From Bacteroidota bacterium (GTDB lineage Bacteria > Bacteroidota > Bacteroidia > Chitinophagales > LD1), in the NCBI GenBank assembly GCA_016715625.1, contig JADJZU010000012.1, positions 20,287 to 84,286 on the forward strand: a stretch of DNA of 64,000 bases, written 5' to 3'. This document shows, in pieces, positions 58,001 to 63,176 of the stretch. The translations under genes were made by a program, and so were the position numbers. The notes below the pieces were generated by a model. It saw nothing but the letters and a program-made list of their open reading frames with translations, ran no database searches and was not told the origin of the DNA. Positions within the stretch are counted from its first letter, which is position 1. Each line of letters begins with the position of its first letter.

Positions 58001-60320
58001 GTGGGGTAGATGGATCGATAAGTACCAGAGGTCCTACCAAAGTATCACCACACAGAGGATTTGTTGGGTGGAAAATCTGCATGGTGGTATAAGATCCCGC
58101 ATTCAGATTTGGAATCACCAATGTTCCGTTATTCTGTGTGGTCAAATTGAATGGGCCTTGTGCAGCCCCACCATTATAAGAGTAATAAACAGTATACGTC
58201 ACATTCGGCAACATATTGCTGTTCGCAATCGTAATGGAACCGTTTGGAGTAACACAGTTAGTTGGACTTTGAGTGGTTATGTTTGCACCTGTTAGATCGA
58301 CACAGTGATAAATGATGACCAAATGATCTTCCACCTCTCCACTGCTGGCATTAGCATTCGGTGATGGGTTAGCCACGTTAAACCCGGGATCAGATGTAAT
58401 ACGCAAACGAACATAGGTGGTATCATCGGCAGAGAAGTTTACCGAAAATCCACTCCAGTTAAAGGTAGCTGTTGTGGCTCCGTTTGCTAACCGTACGGTA
58501 TCCACCTCTGCATTATCAAAAGCCAGGTTTCCGTTAAAGTCAATCCAGGCCATAGCGGTGGTATTGGCACCGGTGGTATTGGTTACTGGTACTGAGAATG
58601 TATAGCTAGTGGCAGAATCGCGTAAGAGCAATTGTGTGCCCGGAATAGATTCTTCATCATCCGGTGTGGTTCCATTTGTATCATCACCATTTGCCCGATT
58701 AGAATAAAACGGAAAGTCTTCGCGGTCAATGTTCGCAGTCCCTAATTTCAAACTGTTGAAAATAACGTGGTTGGGGTTGCCATAAGCCAACGGAGCATCG
58801 CCATAGTCAAAGTTCAGGAGAATACCAATTCTCCATTTAAAAATCAAGTGCTTGTCGTCACTTCCGGTGGAGTTAGCAATGTCAAAAACACCGGCTGGCC
58901 CCAAAACGGTTGGTTCCAGGGTAGTGCTATGCGTAGTAGTTCCGAGACACACCAATGAGTCGCCCTCTACCACAAAGTGGTTACTACCGTGTGGTGTACC
59001 CGTTTGGCCCAAATAGTCATTCTGTCCACCACCCACATAAGTAGCATAGTAATGGGTGGTAAGGTCTGAACCTAACACAAACCAAAAGATATCCCAGGTT
59101 CCACCGTTATAAGTGTCATCATAGAAAGTACCACCATCCGATAAATTCTTAGTGGGGAAACTTCCGGTTCCTGAACCTGTTTCACCAAATACCATTAAGG
59201 CATAAGGAGTATAATTCCGCAGGGTGTTACCTCTGTCATTTCCGCTACCACCAAAGTATGTGGCAGCCCAAGGGTCAGTGGCACCTGTTCTTCCGGTTCT
59301 GGGTAATTTACCAATAAATCCATCCTGACTACCGTTATGTGTAATATCAAAACGGGTAGTTGCCGAAGCACCGGGTCCTAATGGGAATCCTGAACCAACA
59401 AAACCTGTTACAAATAGTGTATCGAATGCTCCTATAGATATTCCATAAAACTCATCATCATTAGTTCCACCAATTCTGCTTAACATACTAAAGGAGCCTC
59501 CGTTTGCTGGAATAACTCCAATTACACCATCCAAATCTCCATCTACCCCCGTTGATGCAGCATTTACTAAACCGGGGAATGTGGCAGTGGAGCTTACAGT
59601 AGAACCGGTAAATGCAATTGCACCATCCGAAAAAATGGTTAAGTCATTTAGTTGGTCATCTCCATTTCCCCCTACGTAGGTACCAAATGCCAACGTATTA
59701 AAAGAGGTAAACTTGGCAATGTACATCTCCTCACCATTGGAGTAAGTAGCATCGTAAGCACTGGTAATATAGTTAGGTGTAGTAGTTGGCAAGGCTGCGG
59801 TAACTGTTCCTCCTACCACAAAACTGTTGTTCGATAAACCCCGAATGGTCACCATTTCTTCACCTGTACCAGTTCCGGCACCACCAATGTAGGTAGCGTA
59901 CTGCAAAGTATTCATGGAAGAGGCATTAAATACAGCCACCCATCCATCATTACTAGTCCTGGTATTATCAAAAGCTGTAGCCAGCGTACCGTTTACAGGC
60001 ACATCTCCTGCGGTTGTTCCACAAGCATATAGTACGGAGTTATCGGGGGATAGTCCCAAACCATAGACCTCATCTGCACCTGTGCCTCCGTAGTAGGTAA
60101 TAGCCAAAATAGCTGTGCCGGCACTATTTAGTTTATAAATAATTCCATCTACAGCTCCCGCGTAGGAGTTGTCGTAACCGAACAAAGAAGCCGGGTTAAT
60201 ATAGTTACCGGCACCAGTGGTAATGGCCATATTCGTGGCACCACCGCAGAATACATTTCCCTGATTATCTACTTGTACTGGCAAATAGATATTCATCAAA
60301 ACTATCGTTTCCGTTATCAA
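45393..60320 (-). CDS. giant T9SS adhesin, fragment 2 of 3
   Basis: The track start is a TTG inside the overlap. There is no signal peptide and no CTD. Contents in order: SBBP-type beta-propeller repeats, a GEVED-like segment (SSGEVEDHLV), Ig-like di-domain units, ~22 cadherin/tandem-95-like domains, PKD-like domains, then ~85-aa repeats. Confidence 0.9.
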   Translation of the reverse strand: MITETIVLMNIYLPVQVDNQGNVFCGGATNMAITTGAGNYINPASLFGYDNSYAGAVDGIIYKLNSAGTAILAITYYGGTGADEVYGLGLSPDNSVLYACGTTAGDVPVNGTLATAFDNTRTSNDGWVAVFNASSMNTLQYATYIGGAGTGTGEEMVTIRGLSNNSFVVGGTVTAALPTTTPNYITSAYDATYSNGEEMYIAKFTSFNTLAFGTYVGGNGDDQLNDLTIFSDGAIAFTGSTVSSTATFPGLVNAASTGVDGDLDGVIGVIPANGGSFSMLSRIGGTNDDEFYGISIGAFDTLFVTGFVGSGFPLGPGASATTRFDITHNGSQDGFIGKLPRTGRTGATDPWAATYFGGSGNDRGNTLRNYTPYALMVFGETGSGTGSFPTKNLSDGGTFYDDTYNGGTWDIFWFVLGSDLTTHYYATYVGGGQNDYLGQTGTPHGSNHFVVEGDSLVCLGTTTHSTTLEPTVLGPAGVFDIANSTGSDDKHLIFKWRIGILLNFDYGDAPLAYGNPNHVIFNSLKLGTANIDREDFPFYSNRANGDDTNGTTPDDEESIPGTQLLLRDSATSYTFSVPVTNTTGANTTAMAWIDFNGNLAFDNAEVDTVRLANGATTATFNWSGFSVNFSADDTTYVRLRITSDPGFNVANPSPNANASSGEVEDHLVIIYHCVDLTGANITTQSPTNCVTPNGSITIANSNMLPNVTYTVYYSYNGGAAQGPFNLTTQNNGTLVIPNLNAGSYTTMQIFHPTNPLCGDTLVGPLVLIDPSTPPPGSISASPNPVCVGGSLTLSATGSNLTWTFPGGGTAPNSPIVRSPVTLAMAGTYSVTQSVNGCQSNPATINVVVNPLPVIGSAVGAGPTTCGGVNGTITLGGLSANTTYTVTYSRNGTPISPPAPTFTTNGAGQLVITGLNAGSYSNFMVSLNGCNSALFAGPVVLSDPTNPAAPTNLTANTPLCSGQTLNLSASGNATAKFRWSGPASFLDSCFNSGCTVSRLNATTAMSGLYSVVQVVNNCTSSAATISVTVNQTPSILNAVGTSPTTCNGTEGFITVSGLAASTTYTVNYSRNGTPATPVSRTTNASGVLTIINLNAGNYTNITVTASGCTSLPFAGPILLVDPAAPSAPTAVSATPNPICTGNTVQFNATGQAGATWSWTGPQTFVSALEDPTRSITATNMGGSYCVTQTVAGCVSPQACVTLVVNATPSIAGATGTNPTTCSGSNGFITITGLLNNTSYSFNYTRNGTAQSGSGTSNGSGQLVIPGLTAGSYAAITVSLSGCTSAPFAGPIVLTDPSTPGAPTNVTASPNPICTGNTLTLSATGTGLVWTYPDGGGASGSPVTRANVTLAMAGVYSVTQTVANCTSSPATVSVVVNTTPSIASAVGTDPTTCSGTNGFITVTGLAANTTYTVNYSRNLSAATPVSRTTNGSGVLTIINLNAGSYSNITVSVSGCTSAPFAGPVILSDPATPAAPTLVSVSPNPACVGNTVQFNATGQAGAIWSWTGPQTFVSALEDPTRNITATNMAGSYCVTQTVLGCTSPQTCVTLNVNPTPIITNATGSGPTTCGGFEGTITLSGLANNTTYNVLYSRNGVAQGPFNLTSNGSGQITISGLNAGSYTNFIVSLNGCPSAAFAGPVLLTDPSTPGAPTNVAASPNPVCTGGTLTLTATGANLSWTFPNGGGTAAGSPVVRTPVTTAMGGVYNVTQTVAGCTSVPATVTVTVNETPIVTTTSSTNPTTCGGSNGTITLGVLNPNTVYAVSYLRNGSSVGPVNISTNGAGNLIITGLNQASYSSITLTLNGCTSAPVLGPIVLNDPAIPSAPTGVTANPNPICSGNTLTLSAVGSNLSWTYPDGPTASGSPVTRNNVTTAMAGVYSVTQTIALCVSPPATVNVTINQTPSIVSAIGSDPTTCGGSSGSITLSGLVPSSLYQVSYTRNTVPQGPFAFSTNGSGQLTITGLNAGTYADFTVSINGCSSAPFAGPVILSDPSNPSAPTNVTATPNPVCTGGTLTLSATGSNLSWQFPDGPTATGSPIVRTNVGIAMAGVYSVTQTVFGCVSPAATVTVVVNVTPSITTATGSNPTTCGGAQGSVTLSGLIAGQTYTINFSLNGNPQTPRTLLANASGQVILTGLTAGNYSNFTASLSGCTSGIFGGPVSLTDPVNPPAPVLTSNSPRCYGDTLKIFASNIPGATYGWTGPSGFTANTQNIARALAIPAMSGVYTVTDTVNGCVSAPASITVSVTSCPPVAVDDNYTTPEDVTLTIPAPGVLANDNDPANPQQPLTVTGTISGSGPNNGSLTLNANGSFTYIPNSNFTGTDNFCYRVCDNEIPAACDTACVTINVTPANDPPVVSDTTVSTPEDVPFTVCLPIADPESASQTHILFGTYCGPNSGTITGTSVNNTSNPHVVCVTYAPALNFNGSDSICVIICDNGSPVLCDTAKISISVIPVNDPPVAVNDFYTTNEDVALTTSAVTGVRNNDNDAADGNPVTSLTVTTSPISGPNNGTLTLNTNGSFTYTPATNFNGVDSFVYRVCDSGTPLPSLCDTAVAYITVQDVNDPPVVRDTTVTTPEDVPLTVCLPITDSESATQTHFVSEVFCGPNNGIITSSIVNNLSNPHTVCITYQPTANFNGSDSICVVICDNGSPQGCDTAKISITVTPVNDKPVAVDDYYVSCVDTAVTKNVLINDSDIDGPNVTVQGTVFGAGPFFGTLTALQPLGNFTYTPTPGFIGMDSFAYIICDGGSPNRCDTGVVVLDYRCVNVPPIAGNDIFTTPEDQTLNATVSGNDSDPDGVVLNYNTTPLVNTTNGTLTLNSDGTFTYVPTTNYFGPDSFVYAVCDAGSPVKCDTATAYITVTPVNDKPFIPDTTITTSEDTAITVCIPITEIDLIDLHVAAVGCFPTNGALSALSVDNVSNPHAVCVTYTPGANFGGVDSFCLIVCDNGVPTKCDTGIVYVNVNPVNDPPVAQNDNYTTNEDQPLTIAAPGVLNNDNDVDGPTETSTIVTTTTNGTLTLNANGGFTYTPAPNFAGLDSFVYSDCDGGTPNLCDTATAYITVVPVNDPPVVPNATVTIPEDTTVVTICVPISDPENATQFHFTTSCGAPVLGTATNSVNNLSHVLCVSYTPNTNANGTDSLCLIVCDNGVPSLCDTTTITIVITPKNDPPVALNDNYTTSEDVVLTVPAATGVRANDNDAADGNPVSSLTVTATPLTGPANGTLTGGVIAGNGAFTYTPASNFSGLDSFVYVVCDNGTPLPSLCDTATAYITVTGVNDPPFIPDTTVTTCEDCPINICIPFTDADVTDVHAYAVLCNASNGTVSNVSINNITDLLCLTYTGNLNFNGSDSICVVVCDNGVPTRCDTTTIRITVTPVNDPPVAVNDNYSTIEDVAINIPVGTGVRANDNDAADNNPTSSLTITTTPLCGPVTGALTLNANGSFTYTPASGFSGIDSFCYVVCDAGTPLPSLCDTGVAYINIGSVNDPPVVTDTTVTTCEDCPITVCIPFTDEEASDVHSIAVLCNPLHGALSNVTVSDVTDQICFTYTGVTNYNGADSLCIVICDNGTPSRCDTTTIRINITPVNDPPIALNDNYSTQEDVALTVPVGTGVRANDNDNADGNPVSSLTVTATPLTGPSNGTLSGGVIAGNGSFTYTPGASFSGLDSFVYVVCDNGTPLPSLCDTATAYITVTGVNDPPFIPDTTVTTCEDCPITICIPFTDSDVTDLHSYAQLCNPVNGSVTSVTLSNITDQLCFTYTGVLNFNGADSLCFVICDNGIPSRCDTTTIRINVTPVNDPPVALNDNYTTNEDVTLNVPVGTGVRNNDNDNADGNPNSSLTVTTTPIINVSNGTLTLNSNGSFTYAPNVNFSGIDSFQYSVCDNGTPLPSLCDTATAYITVVGINDPPVVIDTPIVTCEDCGPITVCIPVLNPDAGQTVSVAAQYCGPNSGTANVSLVVNTLCVTYTSQANFNGLDSICLVVCDNGSPVLCDTTKITITVNPVNDPPIAVNDNYSTTEDVTLNVPVGTGVRANDNDNLDGNPVTSLTITPSVGCGPFNGSLTLNSNGSFTYVPNTGYFGLDSFCYSVCDNGTPLPSLCDTAVAYITINQVNDPPVVIDTPIVTCEDCPITVCTPFSDNDTIDIHTAVVLCNPTAGAVSNIQIVQGGVINQLCFTYTPFTNTFGADSMCIVVCDNGVPSLCDTLDVPITVTPVNDPPYIDTIYVVTFENQPIGVNVSAAAGDLEGDPLTFTYGAVTPGGGTYAVTGNGAIVVVPANGFTGVFTIPTQVCDNSPYLVNVLCDNAAVIVTVLPAGDTLVNHAPIANNDYVTTPMNNPVVINQLANDYDVDGDALAVTITGGPSHGSITLNANGSVNYTPFGGYYGFDTIYYTICDPTAVNNPKPLCDNAFIVISISRDPISIPNDPPVAVDDFAFICSDATTTLRLLLNDSDPNGDALTSVSIIDNVNNGTLTLGSLGVYLYDPNNGFNGFDTLIYRVCDNGAPSLCDTAVAVIQVFGNPVITPSVASAAICSGDSLNISFTSNIPGTVITWSATNGTSGIGNIAVSLLNVTSGPQNVTYNVVGVAPGGCGSTTVTIPVTINPEPVATFNANGTIFCSGENVVINITSNVISSTYSWSSSLGAGGTGSIISDNPVNNGTANITVTYSIVPLAAGCSGDTLSVAVVVKPKPVLTVNPATQTVCSGTPISIAIGTSIPGTTFNWTGSNSSSGNTSPINDSPVNPSAAPIVVTYNVNGSFNGCPANNVSATVTIRPAVVSNAGNDQNAVSCSGSCVTLGGSPTGTGGQGTLTYAWSPATGLSDTTTANPQACNLPSTTTYTVVVTDAFNCSSSDQATITITPSSLTAEAGAGGAICGNGDSIQLGGIPTAVGGNAPYSYTWSPLSGLNLTNLANPSAKPTSTTKYFVTVTDQLGCTSVDSATVFVNQPMTTDAGLDTTICNGQVVVIGGNPTATGGSGTYTLPVESIYILKYRNSS
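46830..53600 (-). repeat. about 22 ~100-aa cadherin/'tandem-95'-like domains in mostly alternating A/B order
   Basis: Type A: VNDPP(V/I)AxNDxYTTxED…NDND…NG(T/S)LTLNxNGSFTYTP…F(S/N)G.DSF.Y.VCD.G.P….LCDTA.AYITV. Type B: DTTVTTxEDxP.T.C.P…C.P.NG…C.TYT…NFNG.DS.C.V.CDNG.P..CDT. Some copies about 1.25 kb apart are roughly 85% identical at DNA level by eye (e.g. 49201-49380 vs 50455-50635). Confidence 0.8.
53600..58310 (-). repeat. nine ~172-aa Ig-like di-domain units
   Basis: Each unit reads …(S/T)(A/P)NP(V/I)C.G..L.L.ATG..L.W..P.G…GSPV.R..VT.AMAG(V/T)YSVTQTV.GC.S.PATV.V.VN.TP.I….G..PTTCGG..G.ITL.GL…..Y.V.Y.RNG…….NG.GQL.I.GLNAG.Y….V.L.GC.SA.FAGP(V/I).L.DP. Protein-level conservation is high, while the DNA copies I compared are clearly diverged. 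Confidence 0.8.
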
Positions 60321-61191
60321 AGAAAGTACCCCATTTTAAACTAGGGTCAATAACCAACGGATAGTTGTTATCAATATGGCTAAGCGCCTTGAAAGTTGCC
60401 AGGTCATTTTCTACTTCGAAGGCCATTTCTACCGGCACTTTCTTGCCATCTATAATCTGATAGGCTTCCGGAATATCCAGTTTCACTTCCTGAAAATGCA
60501 ATTTTACACTCAGGTTACCCTTCTCATCAATACGCAAACCATCATTCCCTTTAAAGCGCATTTTAATCTTATTGAAATCGGCACCGGCATTCACCATCCA
60601 GTCAAACTCCAGCAATTGCTTATCCTGGCTATAAATACGCAGGTCAATGCCTTCATATATATTGTTCAATTCAAACTCCCCGTATGTCTTTGCATCGCTG
60701 GCATGGAAGGATGGGTTAGAGCCTAAGAAGTAGTTGTGTTTGGTAACCAACTCATTTCGCTTGCTCACAGTAGCTTGCGGATTATAACCATCCAGCATAA
60801 TGGCCCAGCCATGCACTTCAAAAGTTTCGTGTTCTTCTTCTTCCTCTTCTTCTGCTTCCGCATGAGCCTCTCCGGGGGCCTGCGACAAGAAATACAGCAT
60901 GTCGCGTTTTACAACCATGCCCCCAATGTTGGAATGTCCAACACCGATAACATCTCCACCCCATTGGCCCTTATTTTCAATAAAGGAAATGGTATTGCGG
61001 CTTTCGCGAATCAACTCCTGCATTTGCTTTTTGGAGTAATCGGACGGTTTGCTGTTCTGTGCATAAAGTGTGCTAAAAGACAACACACAAAGTGTAAGCA
61101 TGCTAAAAGCACGGAGGAATAAGGAGTTAAAACTCATCATATTGGACTTTTTAGAAATCGAAACGGAGGGGGTAAAATTTCTCATAATCAA
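60265..61191 (-). CDS. giant T9SS adhesin, fragment 1 of 3 (N-terminal; signal peptide)
   Basis: The likely true start is Met18/19 (about 61140/61137): MMSFNSLFLRAFSMLTLCVLSFSTLYAQ. It contains an acidic run (AEAEEEEEEEHE). It ends …PLVIDPSLKWGTFFDNGNDSFDEYLF, which is the beginning of the first SBBP-type repeat. Confidence 0.85.
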   Translation of the reverse strand: MIMRNFTPSVSISKKSNMMSFNSLFLRAFSMLTLCVLSFSTLYAQNSKPSDYSKKQMQELIRESRNTISFIENKGQWGGDVIGVGHSNIGGMVVKRDMLYFLSQAPGEAHAEAEEEEEEEHETFEVHGWAIMLDGYNPQATVSKRNELVTKHNYFLGSNPSFHASDAKTYGEFELNNIYEGIDLRIYSQDKQLLEFDWMVNAGADFNKIKMRFKGNDGLRIDEKGNLSVKLHFQEVKLDIPEAYQIIDGKKVPVEMAFEVENDLATFKALSHIDNNYPLVIDPSLKWGTFFDNGNDSFDEYLFASTSR

Positions 61192-61510
61192 TGATTATTT
61201 AGACGCAAGGCGGAACAAACACCTCAAAGAAGTGCTGGTCTTTAAGAGACCTGAATAGTTATATAGATAGTTACAATTCATTCAAATAGTTAACCACGGC
61301 CAATCGGTCGTATTAACATTTATTTGCGCGAATATACTTTTGCATTTTTGATGTGTCAATAGGTCTGTGTGTTTTTCTGGTTAAATTATTGTTGACTGTC
61401 CTAAAATGTAGAGGTTTTGGCTCAAAATCAATGATTTATTAGCTTTTTAAGTGGTTTTGGCAGCCATTTTTTTTTCTGAAAATAGATTCCGGAGTTATGA
61501 CTTTTATCGT

Positions 61511-61540
61511 TTTGACAAGTAAAGGAATCGTTTAGGTTTG
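61511..61540 (+). promoter_or_regulatory. candidate Bacteroidota-type promoter for pckA
   Basis: TTTG lies at 61511-61514 and TAGGTTTG (TAnnTTTG, the -7 element) at 61533-61540, separated by an 18-nt spacer and 23 nt upstream of the pckA ATG. A second TAnnTTTG match (TACTTTTG, 61335-61342) exists further upstream. Confidence 0.4.
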
Positions 61541-61562
61541 CTGCCCTAAAAATTTCCACTCC

Positions 61563-63176
61563 ATGACAATTGAAGGCGACAAAAATCCTCATGCCAATCT
61601 TGAATCATTAGGCATAAAAAATACTGGAACGCAATATTGGAATCTTAGTCCCGAGGCACTGGTGCAGGCTACTTTGGACAGAAATCAGGGAACTTTGTCG
61701 GACACAGGGGCCTTAGCAGTGGATACAGGGGAATTTACGGGGCGCGCACCTAAAGACAAATTCATTGTAAAAGATGACTACACCAAAGACAGCGTGGATT
61801 GGGGTGGATTCAACCTGCCCGTAAGCGCAGAGGTTTTCGATAAATTGTACGATAAAGTCGTTCACTATTTCGCTGGCAAAGAGGTGTTTGTTCGCGATTG
61901 CTATGCCTGTGCAGATGATAGCTTCCGACTCAACGTACGGGTGATTAACGAATATCCGTGGGCCAATTTGTTTGCCTATAACATGTTTTTGCGCCCAACT
62001 GCCGAGGAAATCAAAAATATTTCACCGGATTGGCTGGTGATTCAGGCTCCGGGCCTCAAATGCGATGGAGAAACAGATGGCGTGCGCCAGGGAAACTTCG
62101 CCATCCTCAATTTTACCAAAAAAATTGCCATCATCGGTGGCACTGCCTATACCGGAGAGATTAAGAAGGGGATTTTTACCGTACTCAACATGGTACTGCC
62201 GCATGAGCATAAAGTAATGGCCATGCACTGCTCAGCTAACGTGGGTAAAGAGGGTGATGTAGCACTATTCTTCGGGCTAAGCGGCACCGGCAAAACGACC
62301 TTGAGTGCTGACCCCAACCGTCCACTCATTGGTGATGATGAACATGGCTGGACAGAAACAGGCGTGTTTAATTTTGAAGGGGGTTGCTATGCCAAAGTAA
62401 TTGACCTGAGCCCTGAAAAAGAACCTGATATTTATAAAGCTATCCGTCCGGGGGCTATTTTAGAAAACATCGGCTACCTGCCGGGCACAAAAACAGTTGA
62501 TTTTGCATACAAGGCAAAGACAGAAAATACACGGGTTAGCTATCCTATACACTACATTGATAATGCCTTGGAGAAAAGTGTTGGTGGCCAGCCCAAAAAC
62601 ATCTTCTTTTTGACTTATGACGCTTTTGGTGTACTGCCTCCCATTTCTAAACTAACAGTTGGTCAGGCGATGTATTTTTTCCTGTCCGGATTCACCTCCA
62701 AAGTGGCCGGTACCGAAGCGGGAGTTACTGAACCGCAAACTACTTTCAGCGCCTGCTTTGGAGCTCCATTTTTACCCTTGCACCCAACGGCATACGCCTC
62801 CTTGCTGGGGGAAAAATTGAGAAACTCTGACATTAAAGTATGGTTGCTCAATACCGGATATACCGGAGGCCCTTATGGAGTAGGGAAGAGAATGAGCTTA
62901 CCACACACCCGTGCATTGATTACCGCTGCGCTGAACGGTGAATTGGACAAATCAAACTTTGAACCGCATCCGATTTTTGGAGTGAATATGCCTACCAGTT
63001 GCCCGAACGTACCTTCTGAGGTATTGAACCCAAGAAACACCTGGAGCAGTAAAGAGAATTATGATGCCAAGGCCAATGAATTAGCAGAAGCATTCAATAA
63101 AAACTTCCGGAAATTTTCAGATAAGGCCGAGAAGGAAATTTTGGATGCTGCCCCTAAAGCCACTCAATCAGCGTAG
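61563..63176 (+). CDS. pckA: phosphoenolpyruvate carboxykinase (ATP)
   Basis: 537 aa. The kinase-1a loop GLSGTGKTTLS, …IGDDEHGW… and …NTGYTGGPYGVGKRMSL… are present. Confidence 0.95.
   Translation: MTIEGDKNPHANLESLGIKNTGTQYWNLSPEALVQATLDRNQGTLSDTGALAVDTGEFTGRAPKDKFIVKDDYTKDSVDWGGFNLPVSAEVFDKLYDKVVHYFAGKEVFVRDCYACADDSFRLNVRVINEYPWANLFAYNMFLRPTAEEIKNISPDWLVIQAPGLKCDGETDGVRQGNFAILNFTKKIAIIGGTAYTGEIKKGIFTVLNMVLPHEHKVMAMHCSANVGKEGDVALFFGLSGTGKTTLSADPNRPLIGDDEHGWTETGVFNFEGGCYAKVIDLSPEKEPDIYKAIRPGAILENIGYLPGTKTVDFAYKAKTENTRVSYPIHYIDNALEKSVGGQPKNIFFLTYDAFGVLPPISKLTVGQAMYFFLSGFTSKVAGTEAGVTEPQTTFSACFGAPFLPLHPTAYASLLGEKLRNSDIKVWLLNTGYTGGPYGVGKRMSLPHTRALITAALNGELDKSNFEPHPIFGVNMPTSCPNVPSEVLNPRNTWSSKENYDAKANELAEAFNKNFRKFSDKAEKEILDAAPKATQSA

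Noticed and set aside
40200-58310. Regular tandem periodicity that might suggest a CRISPR array or satellite
   Set aside because: The periods (about 255, 300 and 516 bp) are coding repeats in one long open frame. There are no short direct repeats with unique spacers, and no cas genes.
36418-59837. Dozens of 60-130-aa plus-strand ORFs inside the giant adhesin locus
   Set aside because: All are antisense to a continuous, repeat-structured minus-strand reading frame. Their mutual similarity only mirrors the coding repeats on the other strand.
61255-61292. Three ATAGTTA heptamers (61255, 61267, 61286) upstream of the giant gene
   Set aside because: The region is AT-rich, the spacing is irregular (12 and 19 nt) and the motif is short. 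I cannot distinguish this from chance by eye.
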